A stretch of 47,496 bases of DNA, from contig CAWAPJ010000022.1 of assembly GCA_963783885.1 (NCBI GenBank), positions 1-47,496 on the forward strand. The letters are read 5' to 3'. Positions 32,297-40,930 of this stretch are shown in pieces; within the stretch, counting starts at the first letter, position 1; each line of letters begins with the position of its first letter. The position numbers and the translations under genes were made by a program. The notes beneath the pieces were generated by a model. It was not told where the DNA came from. It ran no database searches and saw only the letters and a list, made by a program, of their open reading frames with translations. This DNA is from Waddliaceae bacterium. GTDB lineage: Bacteria; Chlamydiota; Chlamydiia; Chlamydiales; SLFE01.

Positions 32297-33038
32297 ACTG
32301 GAAACCGGCCAGACTTTTTATTTTGCCGGCCCCCCTCTTGAACGTGGTCCTCTGCCTGCTTTTTTTTATTTCTCTTTATCCGGCCAAGACAGCCTAAATC
32401 TCGAGCCATATAACCAGCCTGCCGTCTATGCTGCCAGCGACCAGTTAAGAGTTTTTTCCACTAGCCTCCCCTTCCACGACGACTACGATAAAAAAGAGGT
32501 GATGAACAAATGGGCCGAAGAGATCGAAAACGATTGCGACTTCCTCACCCCTTTTCTCGATCAAACTCATCAGTCGCTGCTGGCACTTATGGAAATGGGC
32601 GCTGTCGCACCTGAAAATTTAGCTGTCGGGGGACTTTCCCGAGGAAGTTTGATCGCCGCCCATTTAGCCGCCCGGGAAAAGCGGATCCATTCCGCCGTGC
32701 TCTTCGCCCCGCTCACCAGGTTGAAAGGGTCGGCCAGCTTTTCCCATTTACACGAAAGCCCCATAATGGAAAAGCAGAGCATTTTTTCACTCATACCCGA
32801 ACTGCACCGCACACATATCCGGATTTACATAGGCAACCGGGATGTCATGGTAGGAACATCCAATGCCTGCGAGTTCATCAGGCAGCTAGCCGACAGCGCC
32901 TTCGAGGCGGGAGTGCGGTCTCCGCCTGCCGAACTCATTATCAGCGCTTCGATCGGCTATAAAGGGCATGGCACCCCCTCGCACATCTTCAAAGAAGGAG
33001 CCGAGTGGATTGCAGCAAAGCTAGGGGGTAAAGCATGA
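32277..33038 (+). CDS. Alpha/beta-hydrolase fold protein
   Basis: GGLSRG nucleophile elbow, GNRD and KGHGT. The GTG start follows GGAGAGGA. Confidence 0.75.
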   Translation: MAKDQIELETGQTFYFAGPPLERGPLPAFFYFSLSGQDSLNLEPYNQPAVYAASDQLRVFSTSLPFHDDYDKKEVMNKWAEEIENDCDFLTPFLDQTHQSLLALMEMGAVAPENLAVGGLSRGSLIAAHLAAREKRIHSAVLFAPLTRLKGSASFSHLHESPIMEKQSIFSLIPELHRTHIRIYIGNRDVMVGTSNACEFIRQLADSAFEAGVRSPPAELIISASIGYKGHGTPSHIFKEGAEWIAAKLGGKA

Positions 33039-33742
33039 AATATTCACTGGTCATCCCGCTAAAAGACGAAGAGAGCAACATTGAAGAACTGGTTGCCGAA
33101 ATTGAGCCTGTCATGGAAGGTTTAGACCAGCCTTGGGAGATGATTTGCATCGATGACGGATCGAAAGATAAGACGCTGCCGCTTTTGGAAGAGCTCCAAA
33201 AAACAAGACCTCATCTGCAGATACTCTCTTTTGACCGAAACTACGGACAGACGAGCGCTTTCGACGCCGGCTTCCAAGCCGCAAGCGGCGAATTTATCAT
33301 CACTTTGGACGGAGACCGCCAGAACGACCCGGCAGACATTCCCCTCCTGATCTCATCAATGAACGGCTTCGATCTGATTTGCGGACAACGAGTCGCGAGA
33401 AAAGATCCCTGGACCAAAAAAATCATTTCCACCATCGCCAACACAGTCAGAAGCCGCATGTGCAAAGACGGCATCTCGGACACAGGCTGTTCGCTCAAAC
33501 TTTACCGCAGAAGCTGCCTAAAAGAAATTCCTCTTTATGAAGGAATGCACCGATTTTTACCGGCGCTATTTCTCATTCACGGCTTTAAAGTGGGAGAAGT
33601 CCCCGTCAACCATCGCGAGCGAACAAAAGGCAAGACAAAATACAATTTTTTTAATCGCTCCCTCAATACGATTTCCGATATGTTTGCCGTCCGATGGATG
33701 GCCAAAAGACATCTCGCATACAAAATCAGAGACGCCTCATGA
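33035..33742 (+). CDS. GT2 glycosyltransferase (polyprenol-phosphate glycosyltransferase / ArnC-like)
   Basis: SLVIPLKDEE, IDDGSKD, NYGQTSA, LDGDRQNDP, DTGCSLK and MHRFLP. Confidence 0.9.
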   Translation: MKYSLVIPLKDEESNIEELVAEIEPVMEGLDQPWEMICIDDGSKDKTLPLLEELQKTRPHLQILSFDRNYGQTSAFDAGFQAASGEFIITLDGDRQNDPADIPLLISSMNGFDLICGQRVARKDPWTKKIISTIANTVRSRMCKDGISDTGCSLKLYRRSCLKEIPLYEGMHRFLPALFLIHGFKVGEVPVNHRERTKGKTKYNFFNRSLNTISDMFAVRWMAKRHLAYKIRDAS

Positions 33743-34440
33743 TTGCCGAGTGGAGAGATGTTGCCTATCCCCTCGGCTTTCTAGCCAATTTCTGTTTCTT
33801 TTTGCGATTCATCTACCAGTGGGGAAACAGCGAAATCAAAAAAAAGAGCATCGTTGATCCGGCCTTTTGGAGAATCTCACTGATTGGCAACAGCATTATG
33901 GTACTCCATACCATGATCCAGCTGCAATTCGGTATCCTGCTGATCCAAACCGTAAACGGCATGATCTCTTTGCGCAATCTCAACCTGATGAAAGAGACGA
34001 AAAAGCGATGGTCTTTTCGCTCAACCATTTTGCTTTTCATCGCAACGATCGCAATAACAACGTTTTGTTTTCTCCTCCAATGCAGCTCCCAAGAAGGCTT
34101 TGTCTTTGCAAGAACTCCTCAATTTCTCGGAAAGATGGCTGCCAATCCGCTGCCCCCTTACTGGCACATTTTTGGAATGAGCGGGGCCGCCCTTTTTGCC
34201 AGCAGATTCTGGATTCAATGGTGGTGCTCGGAAAAACGGCAAGAAAGCACTTTGGGAAAATCCTTTTGGTGGATCAGCCTTATCGGCGCTGCCATATCGT
34301 CGGTTTATTTCATCATGATGGCCGATATTGTCAATTTTATCGGACCGACAATTGGAATGATCCCGTACATAAGAAATTTAATCTTGATCAACAAACAAAA
34401 AGTCTATGACATCGATCTTTTTACTAGCAGCGGAAGCTAG
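33739..34440 (+). CDS. Lipid A biosynthesis N-terminal (LAB_N) domain membrane protein
   Basis: Two repeats, RFIYQW..SE.KKKS..P.FW.ISLIG and RFWIQW..SE.RQES....FW.ISLIG. ATG 33739 overlaps the upstream stop. Confidence 0.85.
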   Translation: MIAEWRDVAYPLGFLANFCFFLRFIYQWGNSEIKKKSIVDPAFWRISLIGNSIMVLHTMIQLQFGILLIQTVNGMISLRNLNLMKETKKRWSFRSTILLFIATIAITTFCFLLQCSSQEGFVFARTPQFLGKMAANPLPPYWHIFGMSGAALFASRFWIQWWCSEKRQESTLGKSFWWISLIGAAISSVYFIMMADIVNFIGPTIGMIPYIRNLILINKQKVYDIDLFTSSGS

Positions 34441-35527
34441 CGCAGACCTTATGGGGAGCCGGCTCATCCCCGCTCTTCGAGACATTGATCCTTCGGCTGC
34501 CATCTGGGGCGTGGGAGGGCCCAAAATGCGCAAGACATTTTTCGAATCTCTGATCCCCATGGAAGAATTCCAAATGATGGGTTTCAAAGACTGCTTGACA
34601 AGACTGCCGACATTGATCCATCAGCTGAGAACCCTTCGCAACCAGATTCTCGACCGCAAACCAGGCATAGTCGTCCTGATCGACTACCCCGGATTTAACC
34701 TCCGTCTTGCTAAAAGCTTGAGAAAGCATGGCTACAAGGGAAAAATTGTCCAATACGTATCGCCGACGGTTTGGGTCTGGGGAAAAAAACGAATTGAAGT
34801 CATCGCCAATTACTATGACCAACTCCTGTGCATCCTTCCCTTTGAACCACCCCTTTATGCCCATACAAATCTCGACGCCCGCTATGTCGGCCATCCCATA
34901 GTCGAGGCCATCGACTGGTATCGAAAAAATCCTTCCACCCCTTCAAGTAAAAAAATCCTGGCCCTTTTTCCCGGCAGCAGACAAGCCGAAATTAGAAACA
35001 ACTTTTCCCTCCAGCTAAACGCCGCCAAAGCCCTGCTCCCTAAATATCCCGATATGGAAGTTGCCGTATCGTGCTCCCAGCAGCAATACCGTCCGCTTAT
35101 CGAACAAATGCTTGCCGACGAAAACATGGAAAACCACACTTCGATTGTTGATGACAACTATGCGCTTATGGAAAGCTGCCATGCCGCGCTCGCCAAATCG
35201 GGAACCGTGACTCTGGAACTTGGCCTCTTCAACAAGCCCGCCGCTATCGTCTACCAGGTCGACAGGATCAACCGCTTTATTGCTAAACACATCGTCCGTC
35301 TCAACCTCTCCCATGTCGGCATAGTCAACATTTTGGCGAAAAAAACTGTACAACCCGAATTTGTCCTTGAGCCCTTTACACCGGAACAACTCATTGAATC
35401 GGTGGACAATCTCATTAGCAATGAAAACACTCGCCGCACATATCTGGAAGGCTGCAAAGAAGCAGCGGACATTCTCGGGCCCCAAAAAGCCAGCCTCGAA
35501 GCCGCTAGCGCGATTTTGAACGGTTAG
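34406..35527 (+). CDS. lpxB: Lipid-A-disaccharide synthase
   Basis: AAEASADLMG, IDYPGFNL, YVSPTVWVW, ILPFE, VGHP, LFPGSR and KSGTVTLE. Confidence 0.95.
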   Translation: MTSIFLLAAEASADLMGSRLIPALRDIDPSAAIWGVGGPKMRKTFFESLIPMEEFQMMGFKDCLTRLPTLIHQLRTLRNQILDRKPGIVVLIDYPGFNLRLAKSLRKHGYKGKIVQYVSPTVWVWGKKRIEVIANYYDQLLCILPFEPPLYAHTNLDARYVGHPIVEAIDWYRKNPSTPSSKKILALFPGSRQAEIRNNFSLQLNAAKALLPKYPDMEVAVSCSQQQYRPLIEQMLADENMENHTSIVDDNYALMESCHAALAKSGTVTLELGLFNKPAAIVYQVDRINRFIAKHIVRLNLSHVGIVNILAKKTVQPEFVLEPFTPEQLIESVDNLISNENTRRTYLEGCKEAADILGPQKASLEAASAILNG

Positions 35528-35680
35528 ACAAGTTGACTTATAGTTACTTGTAAAAATTTTATGGTTTGGGGATCCGAATCCAATAGTCTATAAAGTCAGC
35601 GTTACTGAGGTCTTTTACCGGATAAACCTAATTAGATTTGTGGGGAATAGGATATACGCTTGTGCCGTTGCACGACAAAG

Positions 35681-36415
35681 TTAAAATCCGACTCCGACAC
35701 TCATAGTTACAATGGGCAGCCATTGGTTTGTTGGCTTCAAGTCAAAGTTGTTTTCGTCTAATCTAATGTAATCATAGGCCGGATGGCTGATCTGAAACTG
35801 TAGAAACGATTTCACAGCTTTGTAAAGGTCGAACTGGTAGCCCGCCAGAAGCAAACCGCTAAAAGATCCACCCTCTGCTTTAGTTTTATTTATACCCATG
35901 TACACTCTATTTATATTCTCAAATACGACGTTGAGATAATCGATGCCTGCTCCCGCTCCGATGTAAAAAGTGCTTCGAGAATCCGGTCGGGTAAAATAAA
36001 GATATGTCAACTGTCCTGCTAGGTAGTACTTGACACCCTTATATTTGATCACTTTGCACTCATCAAACATCGTGGACATAGAAGATTCGTATCTGATCAC
36101 AGTTTCAAACTCACATTCCTCGGGCATGTGGCCTCTGATAGAGAAGTCAAATCCGTGGCGATGGTTGCGGTATCTGAAACCCAAACTCATTCTTGGAAAG
36201 ATCTTGTTGTCAGTCAGTTTTTTTTCAACCCAAGCTGAACTGGCATCGAACTTAGCATAAACCATAGATTCTCTGGAATGGTCTCGATTCAATCCCAGAC
36301 TTTCTTCGAGTTCAGCGTGCGATCCACTAAAACTTTGGTGAGAGTCGATAGCAGCGGCGGTTTGACATGTCATCAGTCCGAATATTGCCGCCAAAAGAAG
36401 TTTTGAGTGTTTCAT
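35681..36415 (-). CDS. Putative outer-membrane beta-barrel protein
   Basis: Signal peptide ending TAAA, alternating strands (FYIGAGAGIDY, LLAGYQF), and C-terminal MSVGVGF. Confidence 0.65.
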   Translation of the reverse strand: MKHSKLLLAAIFGLMTCQTAAAIDSHQSFSGSHAELEESLGLNRDHSRESMVYAKFDASSAWVEKKLTDNKIFPRMSLGFRYRNHRHGFDFSIRGHMPEECEFETVIRYESSMSTMFDECKVIKYKGVKYYLAGQLTYLYFTRPDSRSTFYIGAGAGIDYLNVVFENINRVYMGINKTKAEGGSFSGLLLAGYQFDLYKAVKSFLQFQISHPAYDYIRLDENNFDLKPTNQWLPIVTMSVGVGF

Positions 36416-36485
36416 AGATCAATCTCCATCTTTAGAAAATTCTCAAACGAAAGGATATAAGAGTAGCATTATACGTGCTTATGTT
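36330..36485 (-). repeat. 156-bp direct repeat, copy 1 (5' end, RBS and -10 region of the OMP gene)
   Basis: Matches 38130-38285 (offset 1800) with 5 mismatches by eye. Confidence 0.9.
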
Positions 36486-36514
36486 CATTTCTAAAGAAAT
36501 AATTGCAGTCAATC

Positions 36515-36548
36515 CCGTGAATTTATTATTTGAAAAATTTCAACGCGG
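36515..36548 (-). repeat. Dispersed intergenic repeat, copy 2
   Basis: Exact reverse complement of 22993-23026. Confidence 0.85.
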
Positions 36549-36574
36549 TGGCGTGGAGTCACAGGGATTATGAT

Positions 36575-36714
36575 AGGGCCGTGCAGTGGCTTGTGCATAA
36601 TTATTTGCTATGTTTAAGCGATGAACTTCCCGGAAGGCAATTGGGAAAGTTATGCGCAAAGCAAGGCGCGACTCCTTCGCGCGACCCTTTAACAATGCAA
36701 GGTACGGCCCCTTT
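36575..36714. repeat. Cassette-junction element, copy A
   Basis: Core TTGTGCATAA-TTATTTGCTATGTTTAAGCGATGAACTTCCCGGAAGGCAATTGGGAAAG-TTATGCGCAA (36591-36659). It is followed by stacked CAAWGCARG..CGRCYCCTT motifs. Confidence 0.88.
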
Positions 36715-36787
36715 ATCAAAATCCATTTTGAACGAAATGATGTCAGGCAAAGGGTCCTTTACCGCAGTTCAATTGCAAGTTCTTTAC

Positions 36788-37318
36788 TTAATTCTCCTCT
36801 TCGATAAGCTGCTTAGCCTCATCGAATGTCTCAGTAATAATTAATTTTCTTCCAAATTCTTTTTTAGGGTCATTGGTTTTATACATCACCGTTCCAATAC
36901 TTGAAACTACTAATGACAAATTTGGATGATATAATTTAGTGCCGTCTTCATCAAATATGATGATATCAATAACAATATTTTCAGGACCAAATGGTTTTTT
37001 TTCTAAAAATTCTTGGATATTTGGATCATTATTAACTGCTCTTGTGAATTCTTCTACACTATCAACAATAATTGAACGTGCTTCCTCTTGTGAAAGAGGT
37101 CGATATATTTCAAAACCGATACTAAGCATCGTAATTTTATCTAGCATGCTTCCACCAAAGCAGTTTGGTTGCATTGAGTATTTCTTTGCTAACTTGTTGG
37201 CCACTTCTCTTCTGATCTTACCAGCATAATAAGTTTTATCAGAGGAATATGCAGAGCATGAAGAAGTCATAAACAATAACATTGTTATGAGTAAAAAAAA
37301 TTTATTAATCATCACCAT
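36788..37318 (-). CDS. Putative lipoprotein immunity protein B3 (paralogue family B)
   Basis: Hydrophobic N-terminus ending MTSSC; strongly similar to 37369-37911 and 38388-38918; AT-rich. The start may be ATG 37312. Confidence 0.7.
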   Translation of the reverse strand: MVMINKFFLLITMLLFMTSSCSAYSSDKTYYAGKIRREVANKLAKKYSMQPNCFGGSMLDKITMLSIGFEIYRPLSQEEARSIIVDSVEEFTRAVNNDPNIQEFLEKKPFGPENIVIDIIIFDEDGTKLYHPNLSLVVSSIGTVMYKTNDPKKEFGRKLIITETFDEAKQLIEEEN

Positions 37319-37368
37319 TTTATATAATTAAAATATTTATTTTCCATCAGTTCCATTATTTTTGTTCT

Positions 37369-37911
37369 TCAGTGGGAATTGCTGTTATCTTGTTGAACAA
37401 TTTTTTTTGCATGGTCAAAGGTTTCTGTCTTTTCAACTTTAGTTTTAAACCTCTTCTCAGAATCTTCATACTTATAGCAGATTGTACCTATACTTGAAAC
37501 TACATATGATAAATTCGGATGATAAAAAATATTTCCATCATTATCGTAAATAATAATGTCAATTACTACATTTTCAGGACCAAAAGGGACATTAGCTAGA
37601 TATTGTTGAATGTGTTCATTTTCATTTACAGCATTAACTAATTCATTTACACTTTCAACAATAATCTGTCTTGCTTCGTCTTGTGTTAAAGGTCTATATA
37701 TCTCAAATCCTATATTTAACATTGTAATTTTATCGATCATGCTACCACCAAAACAATTTGGTTTCATGGAAAATTTCTTAGCTAATTTAGTGGCAACCTG
37801 CTTTCTTATTTTTCCTGCATAAAACACCTTGTCTGATGTATAAGATGAGCATGAGGAATTAAAAGTAAATAGTATTATTATTAGAAGAAATAACCTAATA
37901 TTCATTACCAT
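37369..37911 (-). CDS. Putative lipoprotein immunity protein B2
   Basis: Signal ends NSSC; family motifs CFGGSM, EAR.IIV.SV and PFGPENVVI. The start overlaps the stop of the toxin-tip fragment (TGGTAATG). Confidence 0.7.
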   Translation of the reverse strand: MVMNIRLFLLIIILFTFNSSCSSYTSDKVFYAGKIRKQVATKLAKKFSMKPNCFGGSMIDKITMLNIGFEIYRPLTQDEARQIIVESVNELVNAVNENEHIQQYLANVPFGPENVVIDIIIYDNDGNIFYHPNLSYVVSSIGTICYKYEDSEKRFKTKVEKTETFDHAKKIVQQDNSNSH

Positions 37912-38130
37912 AATCTCCTTCTAGAAAATATATCACCTATCGTAAATTTCAACCTTTGCTGATACGTCGGACTCATACAACTATGGTCGAGCAACGCGGC
38001 ATCAGGGTGTGCGCTTAGCCATTCGATTGTATTCCAAGATCTCACCATTCCCGGAATGTCAATTAAAGGTACTATATCCCTGAATGTGCTCACAAAATGA
38101 TAACATTCACTAAAGGTTTCTTCATACATA
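37905..38130 (-). pseudogene. Orphan C-terminal fragment of the lipase-like toxin with an alternative tip
   Basis: 37964-38130 matches 38971-39137 (167 bp, 1 mismatch by eye), then encodes a different last 19 aa: YQQRLKFTIGDIFSRRRLW. Confidence 0.85.
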
Positions 38131-38285
38131 AACTTTGGTGAGAGTCGATAGCAGCGGCGGTTTGATATGTCATCAGTCCGAATATTGCCGCCAAAAGAAG
38201 TTTTGAGTGTGACATAGATCAATCTCCATCTTTAGAATTTTCTCAAACGAAAGGATATAAGAGTAGCATTATACGTGCTTATGTT
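38130..38285 (-). repeat. 156-bp direct repeat, copy 2 (duplicated OMP 5' end fused out of frame to the toxin fragment)
   Basis: Matches 36330-36485. ATG 38215 gives MSHSKLLLAAIFGL..., which terminates within the toxin fragment. Confidence 0.9.
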
Positions 38286-38289
38286 AAAT

Positions 38290-38366
38290 CTCATGCAACT
38301 AAAGTCGAGCCAGTCATCATCATGGTGTGCGTTTATCCGTTCAATCGTATGCTATGATCTCATCAT
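38290..38366 (-). pseudogene. Degenerate remnant of the lipase-like toxin C-terminus
   Basis: 59/77 nt identical to 38979-39055 without gaps: MMRS*HTIERINAHHDDDWLDFSCM versus MVRSWNTIEWLSAHPDAALLDHSCM. Confidence 0.75.
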
Positions 38367-38387
38367 CTTTAGATCATAAAGTCGTTA

Positions 38388-38918
38388 TCACTTTCCCTCA
38401 ATAATAAGCTTCTTAGCTTGATCGAATGTTTCGGTTGTAACATCTTTATAACCAAAATTGCTTTCTGGATCATTTGTTCTGTAGAAGATTCTACCAATGC
38501 TAGATGATGCGTTTGATAGAGAAGGGTGATACAATCTCTTTCCGTTTTCATCATAAATTGTGATAATGATAACCACATTTTGAGGTCCAAATGGAATATT
38601 TGCTAAATAAGGTTGTATTTCTTCATTGCTATTCACATATTCTATAACCTTTTCAACACTATTAACGAGAATATTTCTTGCTTCTCCCTTAGAAATTGAT
38701 CTATACAAAATAAAACTGATACTAATCATTTCTATTTCTTCTAGCATTTTAGATCCAAAGCAACAAGATTCTAATCCATATTCTTTTCTGAGTTCTTTTG
38801 AAACTTTTTTTTGAATCTTTCCAACATAATACGATTTATTGTGATTTTGACCATTACAGCTAGTCAACAAAAAAGCAAAAACTAGAAAATTGAAAAAGAT
38901 ATAATATTTCATTACCAA
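38388..38918 (-). CDS. Putative lipoprotein immunity protein B1, cognate to the Rhs lipase-like toxin
   Basis: Lipobox-like LLTSC; start coupled to the toxin stop (TAATG at 38912); paralogous to B2 and B3. Confidence 0.72.
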   Translation of the reverse strand: MVMKYYIFFNFLVFAFLLTSCNGQNHNKSYYVGKIQKKVSKELRKEYGLESCCFGSKMLEEIEMISISFILYRSISKGEARNILVNSVEKVIEYVNSNEEIQPYLANIPFGPQNVVIIITIYDENGKRLYHPSLSNASSSIGRIFYRTNDPESNFGYKDVTTETFDQAKKLIIEGK

Positions 38919-40592
38919 AGTCTTCTCCTATCAATGATATCAGATATTCTATCCTCTATTGGATCAAAAAACGTCGGACTCATACAACTATGGTCGAGCA
39001 ACGCGGCATCAGGGTGTGCGCTTAGCCATTCGATTGTATTCCAAGATCTCACCATTCCCGGAATGTCAATTAAAGGTACTATATCCCTGAATGTGCTTAC
39101 AAAATGATAACATTCACTAAAGGTTTCTTCATACATATATGCTGCGGGACAAAGGCCGATGCCTATCACATTTTTTCTATATTTTTCATCCAGCATCAAT
39201 CCAAAATTTCTTAATTTTATTCCTCCGTGGCTATGGCCTAAGATCAGAATCGCGGCGTCATCTCCTATTTCGTTGATCATATCTTTCACCATGCCCAACA
39301 ACAATATTTCCGGTACTGTTGCTGTATAACCGGTTAAATTTTCCCAACATTCTCCTAAATCTTCGAATGTACCATGAGTAGCATTATAAACCATATGGAC
39401 ATTATATCCACCTGACATTTCGGATATCCGCTCTCCAAATTGCCTTTGTTCGTGAGGTTTTGTGTTGATGCCATTCATTGTTATAATCCGCATATTGCCC
39501 GGTTCCGGCAGATTGGCCCCATAGTAATTTAAATCATGAACAAATGACCTTTGGTCGGGCGGGAAGAAATTCTCAAATACCAGATCGACTTCCACTTTTG
39601 GAAGGGTATTTGTGCTATCAGAATGGTAAAACGACCCTCCTAATGGAGCAGCCGTATTATTTCTCATAAAACCACCGAATCCCATCGTAAAATTCCACAG
39701 AAGAGATTTTCCACTTAAACCGAATTTATCAATAAAAATCAGCGGATTATTATGAACATACGCATAGAGGTTGAACCCGTCGGAGTAGCCTTTGGGGTCG
39801 CAGGTGGTCCAGCGGCCGAGGGAGGGGTCGTAGTAGCGCCTGCCGAAATAAATCCAGTCTGTTTCGGGGTCGTATCTCTTGCTGGAAAACTGATAGGGAG
39901 GGGAGAATCCCTGAGATTTTTCGATTTGACCAAAAGCGCTGTATCGGGCTGAGAAAACGATGACGCCTGTTTTGGCGTTGACTAAAGCCGCTGTGCTTCC
40001 CGATTGGTCGTGGGTGGGAGCATAGACAACTCCTTCGATTTCCAAAGCGATGGCGGCGCCGATTTCTGCGCCGAGGCCGACTCCAAGAGCTCGGAAGGAG
40101 GTAAGCGTATCGTCTTCAACACTGCCAACCTCACAGTCGCCTTGGTAAATAAATTGAGTTGTTGCAGAGAGGATCCAGCCGTCAGGAGTGTTGCGGTATT
40201 TGTGCTTGGCGATCCGCCTGTTTTGCGAGTCATATACATAGCGGTACTTTTCTTCGTTTTTGATGACTGTGGTGAGGCGGTCAAGAGCGTCGTATGAATA
40301 AGAAGCTTCGGTATCAGCAATGAGATTGCCTGCCAGGTCGTAGGTGTAGGTTTTGCCGTTTGCGGTGAGAACCTGGTTTAAGTCATTGATGGCGATCTCC
40401 TCGCCGTCATAGGCAACGCGGTTATTGATGGAATCGTGGGTATAGGAATGGGACGCGAGTCCCTCTTCAGAGGCAAGCTGGTTGAGCTTATCATAGGAGT
40501 AATCACAGCGCTCATGGCCCCAGTAGTCGGCGGTGTCTCGGGAAACGAGGTTCCCTGTTTCGTCATAGGCAATGTTGTTTTGAGACCAGTAT
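38912..40592 (-). pseudogene. Orphan Rhs cassette 2: truncated Rhs core + alpha/beta-hydrolase (lipase-like, DUF687-like) toxin domain
   Basis: The Rhs frame at 40591 (YWSQNN..) is in frame with the ORF starting at TTG 40045, with no earlier start codon. The core reads YFGRRYYDPSLGRWTTCDPKGYSDGFNLYAYVHNNPL, followed by NGINT, YNATHG, GHSHGG, RDIVP and DHS. Confidence 0.82.
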
Positions 40593-40694
40593 ATTGTGCA
40601 TAATTATTTGCTATGTTTAAGCAATGTACTTCCCGGAAGGTAATTGGGGAAGTTATGCGCAAAGCACGGCGCGACTCCTTCGCGCGGCCCTTTT
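40593..40694. repeat. Cassette-junction element, copy B
   Basis: Near-identical to the copy A core and inner right arm. It abuts the Rhs truncation point (40592) and ends 2 bp from the immunity gene stop. Confidence 0.9.
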
Positions 40695-40696
40695 AT

Positions 40697-40930
40697 TCAC
40701 ATCCAGTCTACTTGCCAATCACATTCTTGAAAAATTTTCTTAACTGTAGAAAAATCTTCAGCCCAACTATCGTAGCCTTCTCCTGGGCGATCAATATCGG
40801 CATCTTTAGATAATAAAATCAAAAAACCACCTGATTCTTCAAAGTCGTCCTTAACGAAGATGTACCAATTTTTATGCTTTCCTTGTAAAATTTTACCTAA
40901 TTTATTTACTTTAACATCATCACTATTCAT
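40697..40930 (-). CDS. Putative immunity protein A2
   Basis: 77-aa acidic ORF whose start overlaps the toxin stop; homologous to 43320-43568 (YD.WAEDFSTV..IF.E..WQ.DW). Confidence 0.75.
   Translation of the reverse strand: MNSDDVKVNKLGKILQGKHKNWYIFVKDDFEESGGFLILLSKDADIDRPGEGYDSWAEDFSTVKKIFQECDWQVDWM

Noticed and set aside
36530-36844. 104-aa plus-strand ORF
   Set aside because: It runs through two repeat elements and overlaps immunity B3 antisense; no protein-like features.
37905-38222. 105-aa ORF as a real gene
   Set aside because: It is a chimera: the N-terminal part is an off-frame reading of the duplicated OMP 5' end and the rest is a toxin fragment.
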